Positions 1 through 11,825 of a stretch of 64,000 bases of DNA are shown piece by piece; positions within the stretch are counted from its first letter, which is position 1, and every line of letters starts with the position of its first letter. The position numbers and the translations under genes are program-made. The notes under the pieces were generated by a model, which was given only the letters and a program-made list of their open reading frames with translations, did not search any database and had not been told where the DNA came from. Source of the stretch: Candidatus Dormiibacterota bacterium. Lineage in GTDB: Bacteria > Chloroflexota > Dormibacteria > Aeolococcales > Aeolococcaceae. The stretch covers positions 128,001 through 192,000 of the forward strand of contig CAVPXI010000023.1 of NCBI GenBank assembly GCA_963709585.1, in the 5' to 3' direction.

Positions 1-357
1 ACATTCCTTGTGCACGCTCCTCGAATCGACCGGATCGAGGTGCTTCGCCACGGCCAGGTGCGCAGAGCAAAGCTCTTCTATCTCCGCGAGAAGGTCGGCC
101 GTCACGCGCGCATCCGGGAGCGCCGCCAACCGATCGGCGGCTCCGCGATGACGCTGCAACGCGCCGAGCTCGAGGTGCCAACCGACTCCGACGTCGAGCC
201 GGAAGAGCTGGACGAAGCGCCGGACGACCAGGAGATCGAGGGCTCGGAGCTCACCGAGGTGGCCGCGGAGACAGACGACGCCGCCACCGAGGTGGCCGCG
301 GAGACCGACGACGCCGAGGTTGCCGCCGCAGCCTCGGAGAGCGACGGCGGAGCGTAG
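1..357 (+). CDS. rplS: 50S ribosomal protein L19, 5'-truncated by the window, with a long acidic C-terminal tail
   Basis: The L19 signature [21 protein letters not shown] is present and is followed by a D/E/A-rich extension. The gene lies upstream of yraN as usual. Confidence 0.95.
   Translation, partial: TFLVHAPRIDRIEVLRHGQVRRAKLFYLREKVGRHARIRERRQPIGGSAMTLQRAELEVPTDSDVEPEELDEAPDDQEIEGSELTEVAAETDDAATEVAAETDDAEVAAAASESDGGA
253..330 (+). repeat. In-frame tandem repeat of about 30-33 bp ([10 protein letters not shown] x2 plus a partial copy) in the L19 tail
   Basis: accgaggtggccgcggagac(a/c)gacgacgcc occurs at 253 and 286, followed by the partial copy gaggttgccgcc. Confidence 0.85.
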
Positions 358-763
358 CCGGGGGTCGCGAACCCCCGAACAGCTTCCTCCAGCTCGGCCC
401 CTCAAGGATCGGGTCGGTCACGCCGGCGAGGTCGCCGCCCTGTCGTACCTCAAGGAGCAGGGCTACCGCATCCTGGCGCGCGACTGGCGCAGCCGGCTCG
501 GTCAGATCGACATCGTCGCCGAGGACGGCGACACGCTCGTGGTCATCGAGGTGAAGGCGCGCCGCGGCACCGGATTCGGCACCCCCGAGGAGGCGGTCGA
601 CGAGCGTAAACGGCGGAAGCTGCGCATGCTCCTCGAGCTCTATCGCGCCCAGACGCACCGCCAGAAGCAGCCGTGCCGTATCGACGTGATCGGTCTGATG
701 ATGGACGGAGCGATGACGGTGACCAACGTCGAGCACATCAAGGACGCGGTCCAGGACGATTGA
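320..763 (+). CDS. yraN: YraN/UPF0102 family PD-(D/E)xK endonuclease (start uncertain)
   Basis: Motifs [43 protein letters not shown] and CRIDVI; rplS-yraN-comM-dprA synteny. Confidence 0.9.
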   Translation: MPPQPRRATAERSRGSRTPEQLPPARPLKDRVGHAGEVAALSYLKEQGYRILARDWRSRLGQIDIVAEDGDTLVVIEVKARRGTGFGTPEEAVDERKRRKLRMLLELYRAQTHRQKQPCRIDVIGLMMDGAMTVTNVEHIKDAVQDD

Positions 764-772
764 GCGGCGCCC

Positions 773-802
773 TTGACACGTGACCATATGGTCACGTATC
801 CT
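773..802 (+). promoter_or_regulatory. Sigma70-type promoter with a perfect 20-bp palindromic operator, probably bound by the ArsR
   Basis: TTGACA (773-778) and TATCCT (797-802) are 18 bp apart. The palindrome ACGTGACCATATGGTCACGT (778-797) fills the spacer. GTG at 809 lies 6 nt after the -10. Confidence 0.8.
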
Positions 803-808
803 GGCGAG

Positions 809-1129
809 GTGACTGACGACGACCTCGTGTTCAAAGCACTCGCCGACCCAACCCGTCGCTTCCTCCTTGACCAACTCTTCCAACGTGACGGCCGCACGCT
901 GACCGAGCTCGAGTCGGGGCTGGAGATGACGCGGTTCGGCGTGATGAAACACCTCAGGGTCCTCGAAGACGCGGGGCTGGTCGTCGCACGCCGATCGGGA
1001 CGTGAGAAGTTGCACTTCCTCAACCCGATACCGATTCAACTGATCCACGACCGGTGGATCGGCAAGTACCGAGAGCGCTACGCGTCGGCGCTCGCAAATC
1101 TCAAAACCGAACTGGAGGACATGGCATGA
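809..1129 (+). CDS. ArsR/SmtB family transcriptional regulator
   Basis: Winged-HTH pattern VFKALADPTRRFLLDQL...GVMKHLRVLEDAGLV...GREKLHFLNP. It overlaps the SRPBCC gene (ATGA). Confidence 0.92.
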   Translation: MTDDDLVFKALADPTRRFLLDQLFQRDGRTLTELESGLEMTRFGVMKHLRVLEDAGLVVARRSGREKLHFLNPIPIQLIHDRWIGKYRERYASALANLKTELEDMA

Positions 1130-1641
1130 CCACGACAGCGACTGCGATCGGCACCACCCAGGTGTACCGGGTGTACATCAAGACAACACCCCAGGCGATC
1201 TGGGACGCGATCACCAAGCCGGAATGGACCGAACGCTACGGGTACTGCGGCCGCGTCGCCTACGACCTGCGTCCCGGCGGTACGTACACCGGGTACAGCA
1301 GCGAAGGCATGCGGGCGATGAGCGCCCCCGAGGTGGCCGTGGACGGCGAGGTCCTCGAAGCCGATCCGCCGCGCAAGCTGGTGCAGACCTTCCGCATGGT
1401 GATGGACCCCGCCATGGCGGCTCAGGGCTTCACGCGCGTCACCTACGAGATCGAGGAGCGCAAGAACGGCGTCTCCCGGCTGACCTTGACGCACGAGCTC
1501 GAGGGTGCCCCGGTGCTCGCGGTGCTCATGTCGGGTGGCATGGAAGACCAGGGCGCCGGCGGCGGCTGGAGCTGGGTGCTCAGCGGTCTCAAGACGCTGC
1601 TCGAGACCGGCCAATCCCTCGACGCCTCGGGGCACCAGTGA
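1126..1641 (+). CDS. SRPBCC/AHSA1 (START-like) ligand-binding protein
   Basis: Motifs VYIKTTPQAIWDAITKPEWT, GEVLEADPPRKLV and GGWSWVLSGLKTLLETG. This is the typical ArsR-SRPBCC pair. Confidence 0.9.
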   Translation: MTTTATAIGTTQVYRVYIKTTPQAIWDAITKPEWTERYGYCGRVAYDLRPGGTYTGYSSEGMRAMSAPEVAVDGEVLEADPPRKLVQTFRMVMDPAMAAQGFTRVTYEIEERKNGVSRLTLTHELEGAPVLAVLMSGGMEDQGAGGGWSWVLSGLKTLLETGQSLDASGHQ

Positions 1642-1733
1642 GCTGAAACCGGAGGAGGCCCCGCGCGGCGCGGCGTGCGCTGCGCTCGCGCGGGGCCCCA
1701 CCCTGGCGGCGATGCTTCCCGGCCGCTGATCCT

Positions 1734-2288
1734 TCAGAGGGCGGGGCGCGGGCTCGCTGCCAGGCTCGAGGGGGCCGGCGTGATGGTCACGACGCCTTCG
1801 GACGAGACCGCGCACGCGTACTTGCGCCCCGTTGCCCGCTTGAGAACGTCAGTGATGTGGAACCGAACGGTCTGCTCGCTGATGGCGTCGATGTACTTGT
1901 TCGGAGCACGCATCGACCATATGCCGTCGAGATTGCGAGCAACGCACAGCAGCGAGTGTGGTTCGGCCGCATCGTCGAGAACGTCGAAGCGCTCGAGCGT
2001 CTGCGCGGACCACGGTTGCTGCTCCGACAGCGAGAAGGTGCCCGCATACAACGACGTGCCGGCCTGCATCACCAGACAGCAACGAGATGCCGCCGCACCT
2101 GGGTTGGCGGCTTCGATGCGCAGGGTGCTGCCCGAACCGGCGTCAAGGGCCTGCCACTGCGGGTGCGGCATGACGGGCAATCCGAGGTCTCGACGCCGTT
2201 CGGTCCGCTCGGCCCAGATCAAGGCCGTACCAATGATTGCCACGACCAGGATTGCGATCTCGATGATCAGCGGCCAATCCCAATCCAC
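1734..2288 (-). CDS. Hypothetical protein with an N-terminal membrane anchor
   Basis: Hydrophobic N-terminus WPLIIEIAILVVAIIGTALIW. A -10-like TAACCT lies 6 nt before the GTG. No family recognised. Confidence 0.65.
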   Translation of the reverse strand: MDWDWPLIIEIAILVVAIIGTALIWAERTERRRDLGLPVMPHPQWQALDAGSGSTLRIEAANPGAAASRCCLVMQAGTSLYAGTFSLSEQQPWSAQTLERFDVLDDAAEPHSLLCVARNLDGIWSMRAPNKYIDAISEQTVRFHITDVLKRATGRKYACAVSSEGVVTITPAPSSLAASPRPAL

Positions 2289-2385
2289 AGCGCAAGGTTA
2301 GCGCCAAACAACCGTCATTAATGGAGCGCAGATATCGCGGCACCGCGCGCGGGTGGCGTGAAAGTGGAGCGACTACGATGACCCG

Positions 2386-3045
2386 ATGGCGTCTCGGTCA
2401 GACGTGGCCAGGGCGGACGGGCCGGCACCGCCGCGGCCCCGCCGAACCGCACGCGCTCGCTGGGCGCTCAGTCTCTCTGCGCTGGCGCTGGCGCTGGGGG
2501 TCACCGGCTCCAGCGCCGCCGTGACCCCGAAACCCTTGCCGATCAATGTGCGTGACGCGTGGGTCACCCGAACCCTCGACGACGGCCAGGTCTCGATCTC
2601 TGTGCCCTCGAACTGGAACGTGGGCGAACGGTGGGTCATCTCCGGTTCGTTCAGCGACCTGGTCGGCAGCTTCAGCAATCAGTTGCTGGCATCACCATGC
2701 ACCACCAGCGCGAATTCGATCGAGTGCGGTCCGCCGCTGACGACGCTGCAGCCCGGCGGAATCCTCGTCGAGGTGTTCTCAAACAGCGCCCTTAATCCGG
2801 ACTGGACGATCGGCGGCCAACCAGGGGTGCCGACCACGGTCTCAGGGCTCACCGCACAGCTCGACGTCCAGAGCGGTAGCCGGGGTGCGTGCGCTGAGTT
2901 GGGTGCTGACCGGAGTCGCACCGAGCTCATCGCCTATCCGCAGCCGCCGGAGGACTACATCGAAATCGCCGTCTGTTCACGCGGCCTGACCGATTGGGTC
3001 GGTGCCCGGGTGATGGCATCGGTGCGGGTCGTCCTGCTCGGCTGA
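2386..3045 (+). CDS. Hypothetical secreted protein
   Basis: Arg-rich N-region, hydrophobic stretch and SSA-A cleavage-like site, followed by a S/T/G-rich mature part with 4 Cys. Confidence 0.65.
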   Translation: MASRSDVARADGPAPPRPRRTARARWALSLSALALALGVTGSSAAVTPKPLPINVRDAWVTRTLDDGQVSISVPSNWNVGERWVISGSFSDLVGSFSNQLLASPCTTSANSIECGPPLTTLQPGGILVEVFSNSALNPDWTIGGQPGVPTTVSGLTAQLDVQSGSRGACAELGADRSRTELIAYPQPPEDYIEIAVCSRGLTDWVGARVMASVRVVLLG

Positions 3046-3064
3046 CAACCGGATCACGCGCGGA

Positions 3065-4243
3065 TCAGGCCCAGCGGCGGCGCGCCTTCGTGCGGCCTTC
3101 GGGTGCGCAGACCAGCCGCGCGAACAGACCGCGAATCTCCTCCGGGCTCAGCTCGAGGGTCGCGTCGCCGACGTGCAGCTCGAACTCCTGCAGCTTCGGC
3201 CCCAACGACACCCAGGGTCGAGCGAACGTCCAGATCTTCTCGGCTCGAGCGATCTCGACAACGCGTTCGCTGAGCAACTCGAGGTCCACCGAGAAGCGGA
3301 GATGCATCATCGGGCTCTGGACGGGGTCGGGGAGGACCTCGACGCCCGGGAGTCCGCGCACCGCATCGGCGATGGCTACGGAGTGCCGGTAATAGGAGGG
3401 CATGCGCGGCAGGCGCGTTCGCAGCGCCGAGAGCGCGGATGCGGCGTACGGCCACAGGCCGAAGGCCCGGCCTCCATGGCGCGTGCGCCAGACCGACAGC
3501 TCCTCGATCACGTCGGTGTCGCCGGCCACGCAGCAGCCGGCGATGCCCCCGAGTCCTTTGTAGAAGGACACGTAGACCGTGTCGAAAAGGCCGGCGACGT
3601 CCGTGAGCGATTTGCGGTGTCTCGCCGTGTAGAACGGGGATGCATCCCAGAGCCGGGCTCCGTCGAGATGGACCGCGGCGCCGCGATCGCGTGCCCACGC
3701 CACCTGAGCGGCGAGCTCCTTCCAGGAGGGCAGCGTCCCGCCGAGTGACCGTTGCGGCAACTCCAGGAGGAGCGCCGCGATCGGCTCGTGCACCTGGGCA
3801 AGGCTCGCCGATGACAGGGGCTCGTCGCGAGGTCCGACGGGCACACCGAACAGGCCGTTCAGCCGCTCGTAGCCGCGTTCCTCGTTGGTCTCCATGTGAC
3901 ATGTCGGGTGGAAGGCGACGCTGCGGCTCGAGCGTCGATCGGCGTGGACCCGGAGGGTGGCCTGCTGCGCCATCGTCCCGGTCGGAAGGAACAGCGCCGC
4001 GTCCTTCCCGAGCAGCGACGCGACCTCCTGTTCGAGCTCGGTGACCACGCCACCGATCCCGTAGTAGTCGATCTCGGTGCCCGGCGGAATCGTCGCCAGG
4101 AGCTCGTCCGCCGAGCGGCGCCCGTGGCCGACGAGGTACCGCGTACAGGACTCGGCGAGCGCCTCGAGCTTCAGGTCGCGGGAGAAAGCCGGCGGCGTTT
4201 TGGTTTTCGCGGCCGGCCGGTGCTTTCCCTTGTCCGCTGGCAT
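3065..4243 (-). CDS. ltaE: Low-specificity L-threonine aldolase family PLP enzyme
   Basis: Motifs ALFLPTGTMAQQ, VHLDGARLW and the PLP-lysine motif VSFYKGLGG. Confidence 0.88.
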   Translation of the reverse strand: MPADKGKHRPAAKTKTPPAFSRDLKLEALAESCTRYLVGHGRRSADELLATIPPGTEIDYYGIGGVVTELEQEVASLLGKDAALFLPTGTMAQQATLRVHADRRSSRSVAFHPTCHMETNEERGYERLNGLFGVPVGPRDEPLSSASLAQVHEPIAALLLELPQRSLGGTLPSWKELAAQVAWARDRGAAVHLDGARLWDASPFYTARHRKSLTDVAGLFDTVYVSFYKGLGGIAGCCVAGDTDVIEELSVWRTRHGGRAFGLWPYAASALSALRTRLPRMPSYYRHSVAIADAVRGLPGVEVLPDPVQSPMMHLRFSVDLELLSERVVEIARAEKIWTFARPWVSLGPKLQEFELHVGDATLELSPEEIRGLFARLVCAPEGRTKARRRWA

Positions 4244-4385
4244 GCCGTGACGATACGGGAGCGATTGGTGCCCGCGCCTGCTCGAGCGCCACCTCGTCTA
4301 CGACGCGTACTGCACAGGGATCTCGGTAATCGCGTGCATGGCTATCGGTGTGGAAACGGGGTGGCGCATCTGGCGTAATACACGT

Positions 4386-4820
4386 GTGAAGCGGCGAATC
4401 TCGTCACTCGTGGCGGGGACGGTGCTGACGCTTGTCGTCGGCGCCTGCGGCGCGGAAAGTCCTCCGTGGCTGGTGCGCCACTACGTCGGCCTCCCGCCGG
4501 GCGTGTCATATGCCGACGGGCCGATCGGGATGCGCGATGACGTCGTGTGGACGGCAGCCCGCCGCATGGCGGTGGTGACCTTGGGGAGCTCATCGTGCCC
4601 GGGGCTTCCCATTCAACTCGACGTCCCCGCGAGCAACCTCCTCACGGTGACGGTGCAACCGCGGTCGTCCGGCCCCTGCACAGCTGACCTCGCCGCGACC
4701 ACGAGCGTCATCAAGGTCCCCGCCGCACTCGATGTCACCGACGACGTGACTGTCACCATCATCGATAGCGGCTACGGAGCAACGGTTTCGCTCCCGCCGC
4801 GCGGGGGCGCCGGCAACTGA
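4386..4820 (+). CDS. Hypothetical lipoprotein
   Basis: Signal KRR...VLTLVVGA-C ending in a lipobox. The segment VTLGSSSCP...CTADL contains a Cys pair. Confidence 0.7.
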   Translation: MKRRISSLVAGTVLTLVVGACGAESPPWLVRHYVGLPPGVSYADGPIGMRDDVVWTAARRMAVVTLGSSSCPGLPIQLDVPASNLLTVTVQPRSSGPCTADLAATTSVIKVPAALDVTDDVTVTIIDSGYGATVSLPPRGGAGN

Positions 4821-4908
4821 CCACCACCTCACCACAGGGTCGGCCCCGTCTTATGGGGGTCGCGACGCGCTGAACGCCCGTGAGTGCCCACCTGCTACAC
4901 TTTTTTGT

Positions 4909-6405
4909 GTGATTGCCTGCGCTATAAGTTGCGCGACCAGAGGCCTCGCCGGGGTGCCGGTGCGGGTGGAGGTCGACATCTCGAACGGACTCCCGGCCTT
5001 CACGATCGTCGGGCTGACCGACCGGGCGATCCAGGAGGCGCGAGAGCGGGTCAAGCCGGCGATCCGCAACGCGGGCTTCAAATTCCCTCAGCGACGGGTC
5101 ACGGTCAACCTCGCGCCGGCCGAGCTGCCGAAGGAGGGGACCGCGTTCGACCTGGCCATCGCGATTTCGATACTCCGGGCAGAAGACCTCTCGCTCCGGC
5201 TCGACGGGTTGGCCTTTCTCGGCGAGCTCGCGCTGGACGCGTCGGTCCGCCCCGTCACGGGCGTTCTCCCGATGGCAAGATGCCTCGCGGCCGCGGGCAT
5301 CCGGCGGCTCGTCGTCCCAGTCGAGAACGCCTCTGAAGCAGCGCTCGCCGACGGCATCGAAGTACTGGGCGCTTCGTCGCTGCAGGCGTGCGTCGAGTAC
5401 CTCCGCGGTGACGGACGCCTGGTCGCCGGGGTCCGCGACGCGTCGCCGCCCGCGCCGTCGCCGGAGCCCGACCTCGCCGCCGTGCGCGGCCAGGGCCAGG
5501 CGAAGCGGGCGCTCGAGATCGCCGCGGCCGGCGGGCACAACCTGCTGATGACTGGACCACCCGGTGCCGGGAAGACGATGCTCGCCCGGACACTGCCGTC
5601 GCTGCTCCCCGACCTGCGGCCGGATGCGGCCCTCGAGGTGGCCGCGATCTACTCGCTGCGCGGCACCCTGCGCGAGCGCCCGCCGACCACGCTGCGGCCC
5701 CCGTTCCGGGCACCGCACCACAGCATCTCCCGCGCCGGGCTCGTCGGCGGCGGAACCGGCCTGGCCCAACCCGGCGAGATCAGCCTCGCGCACCATGGAG
5801 TGCTCTTTCTTGACGAGCTGTGCGAGTTCTCCCGTCAGCACCTCGAGGCGCTCCGCCAGCCACTCGAGGAGCGCTCGGTGACCGTCGCCCGGGCTCGATC
5901 CGCGGTCACGTATCCGGCCGACTTCATGTTCGTCGGCGCCTCCAATCCGTGCCCGTGCGGCCATCTTGGTGACGCCCAGGGCTGCAGCTGCGAACCCCGT
6001 CAGCTCAATGCCTACAACGGCAAGATCAGCGGACCGATCAAGGACCGCATCGACCTGGTCGTCTCGGTGCCGCGCCAGGAGTATCGCGACATCTTTGACG
6101 GCGCCGACGAGGAACGCTCCGCTGCGGTGCGCCGCCGGGTGGAGACCGCCCGCTTCCGGCGGGGCGACCGTGCCGGGCACGGCAACGCCGCGATGACCGG
6201 GCGCGAGATCCTCGCCGCCGCGCGGTCCACGGCACCCGCGCGGCGCCTGCTGGCGCTCTCGGGTGAACGTCTCCACCTCAGCGCGCGGGGCTTCTTTCGG
6301 GTGCTCCGGGTCGCCCGCACGATCTCGGACCTCGCGGGCGAGGATCGGGTGGGGGAGGACGCGCTCGCCGAAGCCCTGCACTACCGCATCGAGATGACCG
6401 GATGA
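4909..6405 (+). CDS. comM: ComM/YifB Mg-chelatase-like AAA+ helicase
   Basis: Motifs VTVNLAPAELPKEG, Walker A GPPGAGKT, PFRAPHHS, GEISLAHHGVLFLDE and NPCPCG. Confidence 0.95.
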   Translation: MIACAISCATRGLAGVPVRVEVDISNGLPAFTIVGLTDRAIQEARERVKPAIRNAGFKFPQRRVTVNLAPAELPKEGTAFDLAIAISILRAEDLSLRLDGLAFLGELALDASVRPVTGVLPMARCLAAAGIRRLVVPVENASEAALADGIEVLGASSLQACVEYLRGDGRLVAGVRDASPPAPSPEPDLAAVRGQGQAKRALEIAAAGGHNLLMTGPPGAGKTMLARTLPSLLPDLRPDAALEVAAIYSLRGTLRERPPTTLRPPFRAPHHSISRAGLVGGGTGLAQPGEISLAHHGVLFLDELCEFSRQHLEALRQPLEERSVTVARARSAVTYPADFMFVGASNPCPCGHLGDAQGCSCEPRQLNAYNGKISGPIKDRIDLVVSVPRQEYRDIFDGADEERSAAVRRRVETARFRRGDRAGHGNAAMTGREILAAARSTAPARRLLALSGERLHLSARGFFRVLRVARTISDLAGEDRVGEDALAEALHYRIEMTG

Positions 6406-7292
6406 CCGAGCCGCGCTGGGTCGATTCGTCGTCGCCCGCCTGGCCCGATCGGCTCGCCCACCTCGAGTCCCCGCCGCCCGGGTTCTGGCAGCTGGGGACC
6501 ACCGGCCCGGTGACGCCCTGCGTGGCGGTGGTCGGCTCCCGGCGCGCGACGTTCCAGGGTGTCGACATCGCCCGATCGATCGGCAGCGAGCTCGGCGCCG
6601 CGGGCATCCAGGTGGTCAGCGGCATGGCACTCGGCATCGATGCCGCGGCTCATACCGGCGCCCTCGACGCCGGCGGCTCGACGGTTGCGGTGCTCGGCTG
6701 CGGTATCGACGTCTGCTATCCGTCCCGGCACGCCGAGCTGCGCGCGCGGATCATCGCCCACGGGTGCCTGATCACCGAGGAGCCGGCCGGGACGCCGCCG
6801 TTCAAGCACAACTTCCCCAGGCGCAATCGCATCATCGCCGCACTCGCCCACGCCGTCGTGGTGGTCGAGGCCACCGAACGCAGTGGAGCCCTGAGCACCG
6901 CGCGCTGGGCCGCTGACCTCGGTCGCGAGGTGCTCGCCGTGCCCGGGTCGATCCGCTCGCGCCAGAGCAGCGGCACCAACCTGCTGATACGGGACGGCGC
7001 TCGACCATTCCTGGGAATCGGCGATCTCGTCGACGCCGTCCCCGCCCTGTGGGCGGCGGTCCCAGAGACCGCCCTCGACACCCTCCCAGGATTTGCCAAG
7101 AGTGGCCTCGAGCGTTTCAGCCCATCGCTGCGGGAGATACTGGCACGCATGGGAACGCAACCGGTCCACCCGGATCAGGTCGGGGTCTCGCTCGGCCTTT
7201 CACCGGCGCTGGTCGCCAGCCGGCTGGGTGCGCTCGAGCTTGCCGGAGCCGTAATGTCCCTGCCCGGAGGCCTCGTGGCCCGTACCGTATAA
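6402..7292 (+). CDS. dprA: DNA-processing protein DprA (short, lacks the N-terminal SAM domain)
   Basis: Motifs VAVVGSRRAT, VSGMALGIDAAAH, FPRRNRIIAAL and VVVEATERSGAL, plus a C-terminal wHTH. Confidence 0.95.
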   Translation: MTEPRWVDSSSPAWPDRLAHLESPPPGFWQLGTTGPVTPCVAVVGSRRATFQGVDIARSIGSELGAAGIQVVSGMALGIDAAAHTGALDAGGSTVAVLGCGIDVCYPSRHAELRARIIAHGCLITEEPAGTPPFKHNFPRRNRIIAALAHAVVVVEATERSGALSTARWAADLGREVLAVPGSIRSRQSSGTNLLIRDGARPFLGIGDLVDAVPALWAAVPETALDTLPGFAKSGLERFSPSLREILARMGTQPVHPDQVGVSLGLSPALVASRLGALELAGAVMSLPGGLVARTV

Positions 7293-7324
7293 CCGGCGCC
7301 CGAGCCCCATAGGAAGTCCAGAAA

Positions 7325-9642
<2,318 letters not shown>

Positions 9643-9646
<4 letters not shown>

Positions 9647-10221
9647 CCGGCGCGCACGCAACGACCGTCGTGGCGGTGCAGCGCGGCGGAACGGTTGCGG
9701 TCGCCGGCGACGGCCAGGTGACCGTCGGCGACATCGTGATGAAGGCGCGCGCCTCGAAGGTGCGCCGGCTCTTCCATGGGCAGGTCGTCTGCGGGTTCGC
9801 CGGCGCGGTCGCCGACGCCCTGACCCTGTTCGACAAGTTCGAGCAGCACCTCGACAAGCACCATGGCAATCTGGTGCGCGCCGCGATCGGCCTCAGCAAG
9901 GAGTGGCGCACCGACAAATACCTGCGCCGTCTCGAGGCGATGCTCATCGTGGCTGATGCCAACCGGATCCTGCTGCTGAGTGGCGACGGCGAGGTCATCG
10001 AACCCGACGACGGCGACGGCGTGGTCGCGATCGGCAGTGGAGGACCCTATGCGCACGCGGCCGCAGCCGCGCTGCTCGAGAGCACCGACCTCGGGGCCGA
10101 GGACATCGCCCGGCGGGCGCTGCTGATCGCGGCCCGGCTCTGTATTTACACCAACGACAACATCACCGTGGAAACCCTCGAGCTCGCCACTCCGGCGCCG
10201 GCTGCGCCCGTTCTCGCGTGA
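9643..10221 (+). CDS. hslV: ATP-dependent protease peptidase subunit HslV/ClpQ
   Basis: N-terminal Thr nucleophile (HA-TTVVAV); motifs [29 protein letters not shown] and CIYTN. Confidence 0.96.
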
Positions 10222-11672
10222 GCAGCGCCGCGGCCCTCGAGCCCGGCCCTGGCGAGAGCGACGACGCTCCCCATAACCTGATCGAGGCAGTAGCCGGGGA
10301 GACGCTCCGCCCCGCCGAGGTGGTGCGCCGGCTTGACGAATACATCATCGGTCAGCGCGAAGCGAAGCGATCGGTGGCCATCGCACTGCGCAACCGGGTT
10401 CGCCGCCGCATGCTGCCCGAGGAGATGCGCAACGAGGTATTGCCCAAGAACATCCTGATGATCGGTCCGACCGGCGTCGGCAAGACCGAGATCGCGCGAC
10501 GGGTGGCGCGGCTGACGGAGTCGCCGTTCATCAAGGTCGAGGCAACCAAGTTCACCGAGGTCGGCTATGTCGGCCGCGACGTCAAGTCGATCCTTCGCGA
10601 CCTGCTCGAGCAGACCATCACCGAGCTGCAGGAGGATCGCGTCGCCGAGATGGAGCCGCGGGCGCGCGTACTCGCCGACGCTCGGCTGGTGGAGACGCTC
10701 CACGAGGCGAGCGAGCGGCAACGCGCAGCGCGGCCCCGTCCCGGTGAGGACGCCCCCCCACCCGATCAGGCCGCGGCGGAGACTCGCCAGACGCGTGCCC
10801 GCCGGCGCCGGCTCGCGCGCCTGCTGGCGGCAGGCGACCTCGAGAACGCGACCGTCGATATCGAGGTCGAGGAGCCCTTCCAGCCGGCGTTCGAGGGCTT
10901 CACCGGGACCGGGCTCGAGGAGGTGGGCGTGTCCCTGTCCGACTTCTTCTCCCAGCTCGCTCCGCCGCGCAAGCGCAAGAAGCTCATGACGGTCGCGGAA
11001 GCCCGCGACGTCCTCATCGACGAGGAGACCGACCGGCTCATCGACATGGACCGTGTCTACGACGACGCTATTCGTCTGGTCGAGGACTCGGGCGTGGTGT
11101 TCATCGACGAGGTCGACAAGATCTGCGGTCCCGCATCCGACCGCGGTCCCGACGTCAGCGGCGAGGGGGTGCAGCGCGACCTGCTGCCGATTCTCGAGGG
11201 CTCGACGGTGCACACCCGGTACGGCCCGGTGCGCACCGACCACGTCCTCTTCATCGCCGCGGGCGCGTTCACCGCCGCGCGCCCGAGCGACCTGATCCCC
11301 GAGTTCCAGGGCCGTTTCCCGATCCGGGTGGAGCTGAAGCCGCTCAGCGAGGACGACCTCGTCCGCATCCTCACCGAGCCCGGCAACGCGCTGACCAGGC
11401 AGTACGCGGCCCTGCTCGGCACCGAGCGGGTCACCCTCGATTTCACCCCTGACGGCATCCGCGAGCTCGCGGCCCAGGCGTACCGCGTCAACGAGGAGGA
11501 CGAGAACCTCGGCGCCCGCCGCCTGTTCACGATCATGGAGAAGGTGCTCGAGGACGTCTCCTTCGGCGCCGAGGAGCTCGCCGACACCACCGTCGTCATC
11601 GACGCCGCCTACGTGGGCGGACGCCTCGGCGACCTGGTGCGGAACCAGGACCTCCGCCGCTACGTGCTTTGA
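10218..11672 (+). CDS. hslU: ATP-dependent protease ATPase subunit HslU/ClpY
   Basis: Motifs [53 protein letters not shown] and ENLGARRL. Confidence 0.97.
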   Translation: MSSAAALEPGPGESDDAPHNLIEAVAGETLRPAEVVRRLDEYIIGQREAKRSVAIALRNRVRRRMLPEEMRNEVLPKNILMIGPTGVGKTEIARRVARLTESPFIKVEATKFTEVGYVGRDVKSILRDLLEQTITELQEDRVAEMEPRARVLADARLVETLHEASERQRAARPRPGEDAPPPDQAAAETRQTRARRRRLARLLAAGDLENATVDIEVEEPFQPAFEGFTGTGLEEVGVSLSDFFSQLAPPRKRKKLMTVAEARDVLIDEETDRLIDMDRVYDDAIRLVEDSGVVFIDEVDKICGPASDRGPDVSGEGVQRDLLPILEGSTVHTRYGPVRTDHVLFIAAGAFTAARPSDLIPEFQGRFPIRVELKPLSEDDLVRILTEPGNALTRQYAALLGTERVTLDFTPDGIRELAAQAYRVNEEDENLGARRLFTIMEKVLEDVSFGAEELADTTVVIDAAYVGGRLGDLVRNQDLRRYVL

Positions 11673-11721
11673 CGCCTCGAGCGGAGGTGTAGGCAGCCGG
11701 CGGGGCTGGTACACTCCGGTC

Positions 11722-11812
11722 ATCTCACACGTCCGGTTTCACGCGGCCGGCGGGTGCCCGGTGCCCCCGGGTCGCCGCCGCGGTTCACCCCGGACGGAGG
11801 CACCACACCACA
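11722..11812 (+). ncRNA. rpsB 5' leader, putative S2 autoregulatory RNA (t44/tff-like)
   Basis: An extended -10 TGgTACACT lies at 11707-11715. CACAC-GTCCGG pairs with CCGGACG (11730-11736/11790-11796) and is followed by GGAGGC; a GGGTGC motif lies inside. The layout resembles known S2 leaders. Confidence 0.65.
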
Positions 11813-11825
11813 GGAGCGACCTACC

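Noticed and set aside
359-377. 7-bp GC hairpin just after the rplS stop
   Set aside because: It has no U tract and lies within the probable yraN 5' region, so it cannot be supported as a terminator.
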